From Psilocybe cubensis (Eukaryota): a stretch of 64,000 bases of DNA. A program made the translations under genes and the position numbers. The notes under the pieces were generated by a model that had not been told where the DNA came from, ran no database searches, and worked only from the letters and a program-made list of their open reading frames with translations. Below are positions 12,707-23,436 of the stretch, piece by piece; position 1 is the stretch's first letter, and each line of letters starts with the position of its first letter. The stretch covers positions 3,100,001-3,164,000 of the forward strand of contig CM038999.1 of NCBI GenBank assembly GCA_017499595.2, given 5' to 3'.

Positions 12707-15700
12707 TTACCTTCCACGCCTCCTTCCATCAATCCTTCGCGGTTCAATACCCACTAAAACCCCAAAACTGCCTACCCAATCTTTGGGTAGGTTCTCCTCA
12801 TCCCGGAGCGTGCCTCGCCACGTGTTAAATACCAGCTTTTTTCGCAAGGCTTTCTTACCGTATTTGGCTCGCGTCAGTACGGAGTCCAATTCTAACCTCA
12901 GGTTAATGGTTTTCACCCATCTATTATGGACTTCGATTCCTGATACCGGTATCCCGTCCTCATTCTGGATTACTGCTTCGCAACGTAGTTTCCATATTAG
13001 ATATGCTGATTCCGTCATCAAGATTCGGAGCAGCCTTGCTTCCCCCTCAGCATTGTCCACCCGTTTGCCTTTTTTCTTATCACGTTTCATCGGTCTTGTG
13101 CTTAATATTATCTCTTCTAGAGTTGGTTCCGGCCAGGGGCTGCTAGTCCTCATACCCCAGAGTTCCCTCGCTAGGTTCCATATTTGGGCTCGTCCCGATG
13201 TCGGACACTTCTCAATGATGTGAGTCATCGACTCCGTCTCTCTTCCACATTGTTTGCATACGCTACGTTCCTGGAATTCTAGCCCAAAACCTGGTTTTCT
13301 CCAGTTATTTCCTATCATATAACCATCGTGAATCACCATCCATAGGAAGTTACGGATTGTTCTTGTTACATCCTTGTTCCTAATAGCCTTCCAGATTAGG
13401 CTGGTTTTATAATCCAGTTCCTGATTTTCTTTGGCAGCCGCCTCAATTTTTGTCAGGTTAGTCCGTGTTTGGTGTCGTTCCTCATAGTTTCTCATCTTGT
13501 GCTTACGGACTAGCTTGTATGCTTCCGATTGTGTCAGATTTGCTATGTCCGCTCCGGATAGATTCCACCCATTCATGATTTGTGTGTCTGGTTCAGCAAC
13601 TACTCCTTGGAGGACTCCAATGTCAGCTAGTTTTTCAGCATCCTTATCTCGTTGGTTTGGTTCACGATTTTGTTTCCACAGTATAATAGGTTCACAGCTC
13701 AGATGTCGCAGACTAGCAATTGTCGCTCGGACAAGTTTCGCGTCGGGCACTCCAAGGTAATCTCTTCGTTCATTTTTCATTGCATCAATTGTCAAATCCT
13801 TGACTGTGCCAATAGAATCAATTTCTACTGTTAGTTTTTCAGAGCTCGCTGTGCGGTCCGCAAGCAGTTTGATTGCGGTCAGTTCGCCTATTCTATCACT
13901 TTGTTCTGGGCTTGTTGACAGTTTGAGTGATAGGTTTTTTGGGCTACCGTCGCTAACAAACACACCGATTCCGGTTGTTTGTGTCTCCTTGAATGAGATA
14001 GTACTTATTGTTGCATGTATCGTGGTTATCTCCCCCTCGAATTTAGCTTGTATCTTTGGTAATGTATTGTTCGGCTCTCCCTCTGTGAATACTCTGAAGA
14101 TATTTGCAAGCGATCCACTAGTTTCAATGGTCCTACTAAATGGATATTTTGTAATGGGTTTGTCCTCGTTTGCGTATTGTTCACCTATCGGACGAGTTTG
14201 TGGGTGCCATTTTATGGTAAGCGTTTCTAGCAGTTCTTTTGCCTTTTCAAAACATTTATTTGGGTTTTCACATCCTAGTGTATTGCGTGCTGTGGTGCAT
14301 TCGTTGCATTCGCACCAGCTATCTCTTGTGTGGTCCACACTTTCAAGTACGTTGCGGATCCTTTCAATTTGTCCAACACTGATTGCATTATGGTTGTTTC
14401 TTATGCATTTACTGGCACCACTGTGATTCAGCCGTCGCAGCCTTGGAGCCGCTGCCTTATGGTACCACAAAGGCATTTCTCGTCTTATGTCTGACGACAC
14501 TTCAAGGCATTCAATGCGGGTATTATATTCCGCTGCAATTTTGATAAGCCTTCTTACACTGGGCGCTGCCTCCGTCCCTTGCATGGTTGTCCATGATTGC
14601 AGAAAAATATTTACATGCGCTTCAGGCGGTACATTTTTCTCCGTTTTTGGTACTTGTTTTGACATCAGGGCATCCGCAACAACTGCCCATGTTGGTCTGT
14701 CTGGTCCAAAGCTCAGGTACGACTTTAGCCACATCAGCTCAATAGCCTTGTTTCGAGCGTTAATATCCAGGACTGCCCTTCCTCCAGCGGTGATTGGCGA
14801 GTATATAGTTTTTTCATTTACTGGTATTAATTTCCGATTGTCCCAGAAAAACTGGCGCACACGTTTTGTTATACGTCTTTCAACCTCCACAGGCATACCT
14901 TGGACTGTTGTCAGGTACTGTGTCATCCCGCCTATTACCATCTGTATAATTAGGCGTCTGCCTTCCATCGTTGGGTGACTTTTCTCCCACCGTTCAAGAT
15001 TCTTGTCGATCTTTTCTAATACGGGTGCCCAGACATCTACCGTGTCAACATTATTACCTACCCATGCTCCCAGGATCCGGACGGCTTCGCCATCTTCTGC
15101 TATATGCATATTTGCTGGTATAGGTTCCCCATTTTGTTTTGTCGTACGTGTTTCTATTACCCTTGCTCTGTATTCCGATGTTCCTATTGGGATGATTTCG
15201 GTTTTCTGAATATTAAACTTGGCCAGTGATGCTTTACACCATTCATCAAGTATAGCTTGTAGGTCATTGAAGTCATCTTTCTCCGACAAGAAGGTTGTCG
15301 TATCGTCTGCAAACAGGTTGGCAATTAGTTTTTCTGTATTATTGGGGATCTTATATCCCTCTAGGTGTGATTCTCGCAGTCGGGCAGCTAAAGGTTCAAT
15401 TGCCAGATCAAAGAGCAGACACGACATAGGATCTCCTTGTCGCACACCCCTAGTCACATCAAAGCACGAGCTAAGGTATCCATTCACCATTACTTTTGTT
15501 TTTGCATGCTGATAGAGCGATTGAATAGTTGTAATAAATTTTTCCGGGATATTGTAGGTGCGTAGTGTTTTCCATAAGTATTCATGGTCTATCTTATCAT
15601 ATGCCTTTTCCTGATCTAGGGCTATTATCAGGCCATTCTGCTCTGTCGCCTCGGCATACTCGATCATCATCTCAATCAGTTTTGTTTGATCTGCTATTTT

Positions 15701-18040
15701 TCTGCCAGGTACAAAGCCAGCCTGGCTTTTATGTAGTAGGTTGGGTGCTACCTGGGCAAGTCTCATTGCTAGTACTTTTGTGAAGATTTTGTAATCTGTG
15801 TTGAGTATTGTTATTGGTCTATAGTTAGATATCTCATTGCGATCGTTCTTTTTATATAGTGGGCACATCCACCCATCCGAAAAACCGGTTGACGAGTCAA
15901 CTCCGTGTTCTTCTATATCGTTAAAGACGGCGGTTAGTAGTCCCACTATATTGAATTTTTGAGGGCTCATATCTTCTTTGTCAACATTCACTTTGTCAGT
16001 TTCATTTTGACGCTTAGCTTCTGTTTCCAGGTATGTTGCATTTAGCTTTTTCCACAGCTCATAAGTAATTCCGTCGGTTCCCGCAGCTTTGCGTAGCTGA
16101 CCTTTTGAAAGTGCCATGCTAACTTCAGCGGCATCAATTTTTTTCTCAAGGTCGCTGACTTGATCGCGTCTCACTCTTGTTGTGATGGCTCCGAGGACTT
16201 TGTCTGTACTAGCCTCCCTAAGTCTTGGATCCACATCGGTGCCTAGGTTCTGTAGGTTTTCGTGGTAATCCCTTGCCAGCTCTGCCATCTTTGGAGAGTG
16301 TTTTTCGTATGGGTCGCCAATCATTGTGGCATGTGCACCTTCCGCTTGTGCAACTGGCTTTCGTAGTGCTCGTATTACATCTCTGGGTTTGTTCTCTTTA
16401 TTAATGTTTGACCAGTATGTACTGATTGTTTCCCCTTCCAGTCTATTCAAAGCTGCAACATTGGTTCGTCGTTTTTGGTGGCGGCTAACCTCCAGTTTTT
16501 TAATTCTGGTTCGTATCTCCGATGCCTTTCTGTTTCGTGTTTCTTCGTGTTCATCACTATTATTAACCCTATCAAGCTCTGTTTCTAGATCTCGTAGTTG
16601 ATTAACAACTTTAGGCACTATGGCCCTGTCTCTGCTTCTTGCTTTTTCCATGATATCCTTTTTGAACGATGCAAACAGTCTCTGGACATTTTTTGTGTCT
16701 GTCCTTTGGTGTGAAATAGCTTCTGCTCGTTTCATTGTTTCTAAACCTTTCTTGTCAATATAGTCCAGAAGGATCCTATCCTTTAGCAGATATGAGGGTA
16801 ATGCCCATCTCCCTTTGCCTACTTCTGGTGTATTTTCGTTAACAACCTTGACTGACACCATGCGGTGGTCAGCATTGGGAACACCACTCGTACAGATTGT
16901 CCATTCTCGTGCCGTTTCCAAGATTCTTTGCTTGACATAGATGCGGTCAATTCGTGACTGTGATGCCCGACCATTCTGTTGTTGGAATGTATAGGCCTTA
17001 GAGTCCGGGTATGTGTCTCTCCATCCATCGTGGAGTCTTGCCAGCGTTTTGAGCTCATCAAACGCCTCTTGTATAGTATTAGTATCTCTATCACTTTTCA
17101 TAGGGCATCGGTCTATCTCACTTTCCACCATGTTAAAATCTCCCAACATTATGTCAGGGTACGCAGATGGGTGTTGTTCTAGGTACCTCTTTATTTCTAC
17201 CCAGAAGGGGCCATTTTCTGGAGTCTCGCATGGAGCATAGACGGCCAATATAGTAAGCTCATCCTCTCCATGCCACTTAATTTTGACGCTCAGAGCCCTT
17301 CCTTTAGTTATTTCAGTTGATTTAGCATGTGTTGCCTCGATTAGTTGTTTGTTGATTACTATTGCTACCCCGCCCTTTCCAGTTGGGTTCTGTGGGTCCG
17401 AGCTATAGAAAATTTTCAGTCGACGGCCAAATTGTCTCTCAATCTCCCGACATTTTGCTTCGTCCATGTGGGTCTCTTGTAGGGCCAAGATTGCGATTTT
17501 ACGTTCACGCATCTCCTGATTTATGTGTAGCCATTTATTATTCGGATGATTTGAGTTAGCACTTCCAAATCCCTTCATATTTAGCGACGCTATACCAATA
17601 GCGGCTTTTTTGAATGCTCTATCTGCATTCCGGCGTGCTCTACGGTTTAGACCATTTATATTAGCTACCATCTGGGTAGTTGCTTGAGACGGGCGCTCAT
17701 GGCGGTCCCCATCTTGAGCCATATCCATAGGCTCCCCCACAGTCTGTGGGTTGTGCTGAGAACTTGTCCTCAGGCTTTGCGCAGTCTGCGCTACCAGGTA
17801 TGCATCTGGGTTTTGTGTAGGTCCGTTTTGGTTCCCACCATCGCCCCTGTTCTCAGTCAGGCGATCTGTCACAGTCTGTGAGTCAACGGTGGATGATCCA
17901 CCTCTAGGTATCCGCTGATCATAATCTGGGTGCCCAGTAGTCGTCTGGCTGCACATCCCAGACTCCCTTTGGCTCCCTAGAACTCCATTTCCATAAACTG
18001 CCGCCCGATCCCTAAGGATGGGCCCAATGGAGGAGGCCAC
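12707..18040 (-). CDS. LINE ORF2: AP endonuclease, reverse transcriptase, degenerate RNase H, CCHC zinc finger (first ATG at 17956)
   Basis: APE motifs IASLNMKG, LALQETH, LGDFN, SRIDRIY, ADH; RT motifs NYRPITILNTDYKIF, LDQEKAYD, GVRQGDPMS, LFADD, ILG; Zn finger CKQC..ETESMTHIIEKC. Confidence 0.95.
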   Translation of the reverse strand: MASSIGPILRDRAAVYGNGVLGSQRESGMCSQTTTGHPDYDQRIPRGGSSTVDSQTVTDRLTENRGDGGNQNGPTQNPDAYLVAQTAQSLRTSSQHNPQTVGEPMDMAQDGDRHERPSQATTQMVANINGLNRRARRNADRAFKKAAIGIASLNMKGFGSANSNHPNNKWLHINQEMRERKIAILALQETHMDEAKCREIERQFGRRLKIFYSSDPQNPTGKGGVAIVINKQLIEATHAKSTEITKGRALSVKIKWHGEDELTILAVYAPCETPENGPFWVEIKRYLEQHPSAYPDIMLGDFNMVESEIDRCPMKSDRDTNTIQEAFDELKTLARLHDGWRDTYPDSKAYTFQQQNGRASQSRIDRIYVKQRILETAREWTICTSGVPNADHRMVSVKVVNENTPEVGKGRWALPSYLLKDRILLDYIDKKGLETMKRAEAISHQRTDTKNVQRLFASFKKDIMEKARSRDRAIVPKVVNQLRDLETELDRVNNSDEHEETRNRKASEIRTRIKKLEVSRHQKRRTNVAALNRLEGETISTYWSNINKENKPRDVIRALRKPVAQAEGAHATMIGDPYEKHSPKMAELARDYHENLQNLGTDVDPRLREASTDKVLGAITTRVRRDQVSDLEKKIDAAEVSMALSKGQLRKAAGTDGITYELWKKLNATYLETEAKRQNETDKVNVDKEDMSPQKFNIVGLLTAVFNDIEEHGVDSSTGFSDGWMCPLYKKNDRNEISNYRPITILNTDYKIFTKVLAMRLAQVAPNLLHKSQAGFVPGRKIADQTKLIEMMIEYAEATEQNGLIIALDQEKAYDKIDHEYLWKTLRTYNIPEKFITTIQSLYQHAKTKVMVNGYLSSCFDVTRGVRQGDPMSCLLFDLAIEPLAARLRESHLEGYKIPNNTEKLIANLFADDTTTFLSEKDDFNDLQAILDEWCKASLAKFNIQKTEIIPIGTSEYRARVIETRTTKQNGEPIPANMHIAEDGEAVRILGAWVGNNVDTVDVWAPVLEKIDKNLERWEKSHPTMEGRRLIIQMVIGGMTQYLTTVQGMPVEVERRITKRVRQFFWDNRKLIPVNEKTIYSPITAGGRAVLDINARNKAIELMWLKSYLSFGPDRPTWAVVADALMSKQVPKTEKNVPPEAHVNIFLQSWTTMQGTEAAPSVRRLIKIAAEYNTRIECLEVSSDIRREMPLWYHKAAAPRLRRLNHSGASKCIRNNHNAISVGQIERIRNVLESVDHTRDSWCECNECTTARNTLGCENPNKCFEKAKELLETLTIKWHPQTRPIGEQYANEDKPITKYPFSRTIETSGSLANIFRVFTEGEPNNTLPKIQAKFEGEITTIHATISTISFKETQTTGIGVFVSDGSPKNLSLKLSTSPEQSDRIGELTAIKLLADRTASSEKLTVEIDSIGTVKDLTIDAMKNERRDYLGVPDAKLVRATIASLRHLSCEPIILWKQNREPNQRDKDAEKLADIGVLQGVVAEPDTQIMNGWNLSGADIANLTQSEAYKLVRKHKMRNYEERHQTRTNLTKIEAAAKENQELDYKTSLIWKAIRNKDVTRTIRNFLWMVIHDGYMIGNNWRKPGFGLEFQERSVCKQCGRETESMTHIIEKCPTSGRAQIWNLARELWGMRTSSPWPEPTLEEIILSTRPMKRDKKKGKRVDNAEGEARLLRILMTESAYLIWKLRCEAVIQNEDGIPVSGIEVHNRWVKTINLRLELDSVLTRAKYGKKALRKKLVFNTWRGTLRDEENLPKDWVGSFGVLVGIEPRRIDGRRRGR

Positions 18041-18505
18041 ATCCTCTCCTGGTGCGACAGCCCGAGGTCCATTTCTCCAGCATCCTTGGGGTCTACCTAA
18101 GAGGGTAGTGTCTAATCCTGTATTGTTAGTAGGGTTAGTTGCACAAATAAAAGTTACCTAGAGAGGACAGGCCAAGCCCAGTCCAGGTCTGATGGTTTCC
18201 CGACGTCTCCGAGGTGTTGTAGAACACTACTCTTCAACGTAAGGATTGCCTGTATGTCCGGCGCGACCCCATCAGTAGCCTTGACTCTTCTTTTAAAATG
18301 CCTTCGACTTTCCTGTTCTAAGCAGTAAATTCGGTGTCCGGCGTTTGCAGAGGCTACTCTATATTTAGTGCAGACTCCTCCGACTTCTTCTAAATCTACA
18401 TTTAGGCCCAGACTGGGTTTTCAGCTCTTTGACAAGCATTAAGATGGATGACACAATTTATTAACATCACTATTGAGACATATTATACATGTACGAGGAC
18501 ATATG

Positions 18506-19846
18506 CTAGCCCCGGCGTTTGCTCACAGGTACCTTGGTCCAACCTCCACCAGAGCTTTCTCTGTTGCTTCCTCGCTGGTGGGGCGGCTTGCCTCGTCCCC
18601 GACCACCGCGACTCGGTCCAGAACCTCCGGCACTGGTTGCCTCTGCTCCCCATTCTTCCTCCTTTTCAACCTTTGCATTGTTTTTGGGGCCGAGCCAGTC
18701 TTCAATTGCTGGAAAAGGGCATTTATGGGCAGGGTGGGTGTCGGCCTTGCACCAGATACAACCAACAAAGGTGCGGTTTACGATGAGCTTGTGGCCGTCC
18801 GGGGTAACAAAGGGCTGCGCTTTCTTGATGGAAACAGGTTTTGCTTTCCCTTTGTTGGTGACTTGTACCGATGCTTGACCCGGTGCCCGCATGCAGGAGA
18901 GGAGGATCTTGTGGTCTCGAATATTTGCTGTCGCAGGCTTGCCTGTCAGCTGGAAGATGGGATTTGGTCGACCCTGAGCATCCAGCGCGTCGATGAAGGT
19001 GAGTTCGAGTGTCGAGGTGATTTTGTCGACCTGCGCACCCACAGAGAGGCTAGCGTTGCCGGCTGCCGCAATGTGGCGGCTAATCTCTGAGCGAACGTTC
19101 AGCTCTTCCCAGAAGCGCTTCTTGATAGTCCCCATGACTTGCTGTCGAGCACGCTTGGTATCTTCAACGGCATCCCCGGTAATATTCATGATAACCCAGC
19201 TCTGAACGGATGTGTCAAAGGCAATTGCATTGAACGTGATGACAGGGGAGATTGCGAAGGTTTGTTGCCATAGGAGGAAGCTGCGCATCTCTGCACTCGC
19301 CCGCTTGAGGATCATTGGCCATGGTCCTTCGAAGCGACGCCTCTTAGAAGATTCGTTTCGAGGGATTGGTTTCGCCAACTGGATTTCATCGTTGCCTTCA
19401 AAGCCCAACGATTTTAGGAAGGCCACTATCTCGCGATTGCATGTTGGGTTCTGATCGTAGTACCACTTCCCGGCGCCAAAGGGGACGATAGCTATGTGAT
19501 TCGCGGGATCCCTACTGATTTGCTCCACCTGTTCCTCAGCCATATTGTGCACAAGTTGTTCATAAGGGATTACAACCCTTGGGAAGTGAGCTCTCGTGTA
19601 TTGAGCACTGAGAGTGGGGGGGAGCGTGGGGATTTCGCCTCTGCCAGCAAGCTGGAAATGTGGATTCATTTCACGCTCAGCGGGGGGCGTATCAACGTCG
19701 AATGGGTCGGGGAAGGTAAATGGTGCGGGCAGGGTGCCGTTCAACATCTCTTCATCTACTTCTTCTTCCGATGCCCCGCTACCTCTGCGCCGTCTTTTCC
19801 TGCGCTGGGCTTCTTCCTCGTTAGAGGGGGTACGGTCGTTCTTCAA
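18506..19846 (-). CDS. LINE ORF1 nucleic-acid-binding protein (track start is TTG; first ATG at 19747)
   Basis: Basic NLS-like RRKRRRR, zinc knuckle CIWCKADTHPAHKC (CX2CX4HX4C), RGG-rich tail; lies upstream of ORF2 inside the TSD-bounded element. Confidence 0.85.
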   Translation of the reverse strand: MKNDRTPSNEEEAQRRKRRRRGSGASEEEVDEEMLNGTLPAPFTFPDPFDVDTPPAEREMNPHFQLAGRGEIPTLPPTLSAQYTRAHFPRVVIPYEQLVHNMAEEQVEQISRDPANHIAIVPFGAGKWYYDQNPTCNREIVAFLKSLGFEGNDEIQLAKPIPRNESSKRRRFEGPWPMILKRASAEMRSFLLWQQTFAISPVITFNAIAFDTSVQSWVIMNITGDAVEDTKRARQQVMGTIKKRFWEELNVRSEISRHIAAAGNASLSVGAQVDKITSTLELTFIDALDAQGRPNPIFQLTGKPATANIRDHKILLSCMRAPGQASVQVTNKGKAKPVSIKKAQPFVTPDGHKLIVNRTFVGCIWCKADTHPAHKCPFPAIEDWLGPKNNAKVEKEEEWGAEATSAGGSGPSRGGRGRGKPPHQRGSNRESSGGGWTKVPVSKRRG

Positions 19847-20498
19847 ATTCGACAGTTTGGAAGGGTGAGTGTGCCACTACTATGACACAGGGCAGTCAAG
19901 ATATGGGGAGATTCGTGGGCGGGGGCGTGATTGGGGATCTTTTATATGCCTATTTGGTGCCACTCAGTGAAAGGGCCGTACGAGTCTTTGTAACTATTGC
20001 TTTGCTCGCCTTTGTTCCATCTGATTCGGTTGTGACTTAATACTAAGTGCCACCGTGGCATACCTCCAACTTCGTATTCCAGTGGCACACGGTGTCTGGG
20101 TCGGGGGCGCATAGCCCGCCTTCTGCGATGGTTCCGAGGCTGGGTTTCGCAATGTTGAGCTTGAGGGGAGCAGTAACGAAGTCGTTGGTGTCACCAAGCT
20201 CGGTTCGTTAGTCATTGTTTACACGTGGGTTTACCGCGTACAGTTCTCGTGCGGAGACCACTGTCCACTGTCCACTGCAATAATCATAGCATAACGTGGT
20301 GTATTCAAGTTCGCGAATAATACACAGATAGTATATAGTTTGCGGTATGCGTGGACTAATAACGTCTATATGGCTCTGCGCCACTTTCTGCACGATTCCT
20401 CAGGATATCGACAGAGGCCACAGACTGTGGCCGGGTCTGCCTGAGGCAGTCCCGTTACATCGCAGTCTGCGATGGTTTAACCTCACACTGAAGTAGAG

Positions 20499-20602
20499 GA
20501 CGTCCATTGGCTTCCCTTGTCAGAGACAAGGTACTAGTCCCTTGAGCCACGGAGAGGCTGGACGCCGGGCCACCATAGATGATGGTGGTCCTTGTTCAAG
20601 GG
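20499..20602 (-). ncRNA. HDV-like (delta-like) ribozyme fold at the LINE 5' terminus (putative)
   Basis: P1 CCCTTGA/TCAAGGG, P2 GGCGTCCA/TGGACGTC, P3 GCC/GGC with L3 TCTCCGT, P4 CCTTGTC/GACAAGG, J4/2 GCCAA, all in HDV nested-pseudoknot order. Confidence 0.6.
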
Positions 20603-20618
20603 CTTGGTTGCTGCTCTT
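20603..20618. repeat. Right target-site duplication of LINE
   Basis: Identical to 12458-12473. Confidence 0.92.
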
Positions 20619-21079
20619 GAGCATGATCCCTTGCCGACTTGTTGACAGTAATATACCAATAATGTCAGATTGACACACAACCACTGATGCCGCAACAGCG
20701 CGACCAACTAAAAATCATGGAGACGGTAACCATTGCGTTGAGCGACTTCTCTGGTTTTGAGAGCACACAACGTTCGAGGAGGAGAGTCGAGGGAGAAGCG
20801 GTGGGGCAGTAAAAAAGCGTACAAATCCCATGTCAGAGTATAAGATTCATTTCGCAAAGACTGTAAGGCCAAGGAGATGTGTTTTGATGGGGGACTGCGC
20901 CAACTGATCGATTTATGGATGTCCCTGTTCAGTAGAAGAGCTGAGTAGACGGAAATAGCCGACACTGGGAACGTCTATTGAATTATTCTTGGACGTTGAC
21001 CAACTCAAGTCTTTCCCTCTTTCCGTCCTATCAAACTGGCTTTCTCTACATCCCCAGCAGCGCGCACCCATTATTTTTC

Positions 21080-23436
21080 ATGAGCAACGGATCAGCGACT
21101 GCCTTTTTGCTCTGGGCCATACTATCATGCATCGTGCGTACTCAGAGATGCCACTACGATCATTTAACTGCCCATGCTGACCAGATTGTGCTCTCCACCA
21201 GTTTCTCGCGTTTTTGCTGCTTCATCTGTGGGCGTATGATCGATTCAAATGTTTGAGATGGGACGCGGGGAGACAGCCAGGAGCGTTCAAGCGAGTAATG
21301 ACGTATGTCTGATCCATTCTACTTGCGAAGGGTGGTCCGCATGCTTCATTCTCACCGATTCATGTGCAACCATTTAGGTACTCGTACATCGCCACACTTC
21401 CCCTCTTGGTCGTCTTTAGTTTGGCCATGACGGCGCTTAAATTCATGGAAGGTGTGCTAGCCTTCATTCTCATTCATTTTTCATCAAATAACACTTGCAC
21501 GAAGGATTTTGGGTGACCCCGGATGGCCAGAGTAAGCGCCCTCAGATCGTTAGTGAAGCACTTCGCGTTTACATACCTATCCAGTCATCCCTCGACCGTT
21601 AGCCTTTTGGGCCCCGCATCATAGGCACTGGTTGCTTCCCTTGTATTTTGTTCTTAGCATTGCATGGTCACTTGAACTGTACGCGTATGATGGTTATCGT
21701 TTTCTATGCTTCGCTTACGCGTTCTCTGTCTCGCTTTAGTGTAACACATCTTGAAGGTATGAATTGAAATCGTCTGTTGTCCCTTGGCCATGCTCATTAT
21801 GAATGTAGAGCTCGCTTTCTGGCTATTTCTTTTGCATCAGGGTCCCGGTAAACGCGAATGGTTTCATAGTTGGGAATTTAGGTCTTGGTATTACGGTGCG
21901 AATGGATTCATTTCATATCTTCCATTGTACTTATCATCATCTGACTTCCAGGAAGTATTGTGGCCATTCTGGGAATGCCTCTAACTACTCTAGTGTCGAG
22001 GAGAGAGATTGAGAAGGTCCATTGCTTCATCGCGTCCTCCCCCTTTCCATCGCTCATGTCTAGACCCTTCTTCACAGACTCAAGGTTGGATATTCTTGGT
22101 GGGAGCGAGCGCAAGCACAACGACAACGCTGGCATTTCTCTATGTTCTTGCGCGTTTCCCAGGATTTATTCGTTACGTCAAGGAAGGGGGAGCAGAACCT
22201 GACGTTGTCATTCGATTGGCTACGTTTTACTCTCTAAATGTGAGCATAAACGATTGTTTGATATTGTAGCCATCTGACCTGGTCATTCGCACGATCTCAG
22301 CGAATCCGCGTTATGTTTCGTTTCCTGTTCACGGTGCCTCTCCTTATCATAGGCATCGACGCAGTTAAGCCGCCTTTCCCAGTAATAAACGATCCGTGAG
22401 TTTTTGTGTGTCCCCTTTAATAAGCAAACATTAACGGTTACGCGGATAGGTTTGCTGTGGGTATGTAGCGGCGCCCAGCCTATTTTCTCATTAGATACAG
22501 CGTTCAAATTTCACTCGTAGATTTTCTTATAATGATGGGAGGAATTGGGTGTTTTATCTCTTCCGCAATAACACTCTTAGTAAGGCACTTTTTTTTTTGC
22601 TTTTCTGGAAAGATCACTCAACGCCTCCATTAGATTTTCTTTCCCCGGTCCATTACGCGCGAATCTGGCTACAAAGCTAAAATTGTCACACCCCACAATA
22701 CCAAAGCGCCAAGCGTTGGCGCGCCGCTCCCCCATTACTATCATCCTCATGACCAGGAGCCCTCATCTCCCAAGACGCATACTGTAGCAACTCCCGTTTC
22801 AGCCACCCACATGAGTTCATTCCGGTTTCCAAACGAACAGCGGAGTCCTCGAGAGGTACAATCCACAAATTCCCAGGCAGGTTATCCCCGACGTTCTGCC
22901 GAGAGTGAGACTTCACCGGGATATGAATCGGATGCCGAGAGTATAGCACTGGCGTCGCCGTCAGCTGTACACTTCCAGTCGATGACGCCGCGGCAGGAGA
23001 GCTCTCAGACAGCGACATTGCGACCTACGTCTGGAGGCAGGTCAGACGATACTGTATGGGAGCGGCATGACGATTATTCGTCTACTACCCGACGGCAGCA
23101 CGCCGACGGTCCGTTTGTGTATAATCGCCAGGGTGTGATTGTGGCTACAATCCCAGCAAGCGGGCCCGCTTCCGAGGAGGAGGAACAGAGGTCAAATGAC
23201 CGTGAGCGTGCGGCCACTCCATCTCTACTCCATCCATATGTGAGTTTTGGCTTTTTGACTCGTGTCTTGTTTATGTCAGTGTCCAAGTGCAGTTGACTGA
23301 TGCAAACTATATTTTTATTTCCCTTTCCTTACAGCTGGTCAACTTCACGTCTCCTATTGATCTACTCGATACCCCTCACGCAGAACGGCCGCCGCTGCAT
23401 CCACATATATCCCCGGGACATGCACATATGGTGTAA
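21080..23436 (+). CDS. Uncharacterised multi-pass membrane protein (paralog of 61069-63170); many short exons
   Basis: MSNGSATAFLLWAILSCI | FLLLHLWAYDRFKCLRW..PGAFKRVMT; further hydrophobic exons; C-terminal NFTSPID; exons align with the second copy. Confidence 0.8.

Larger units (their letters stand above)
12474..20602 (-). mobile_element. Full-length non-LTR retrotransposon (LINE), L1 clade (Tx1/Zorro-like), ~8.1 kb
   Basis: Poly(A) tail (32 T on + strand), 16-bp TSD, ORF1 with zinc knuckle, uninterrupted ORF2 with APE + RT + RNase H-like + C-terminal Zn finger. Confidence 0.95.
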
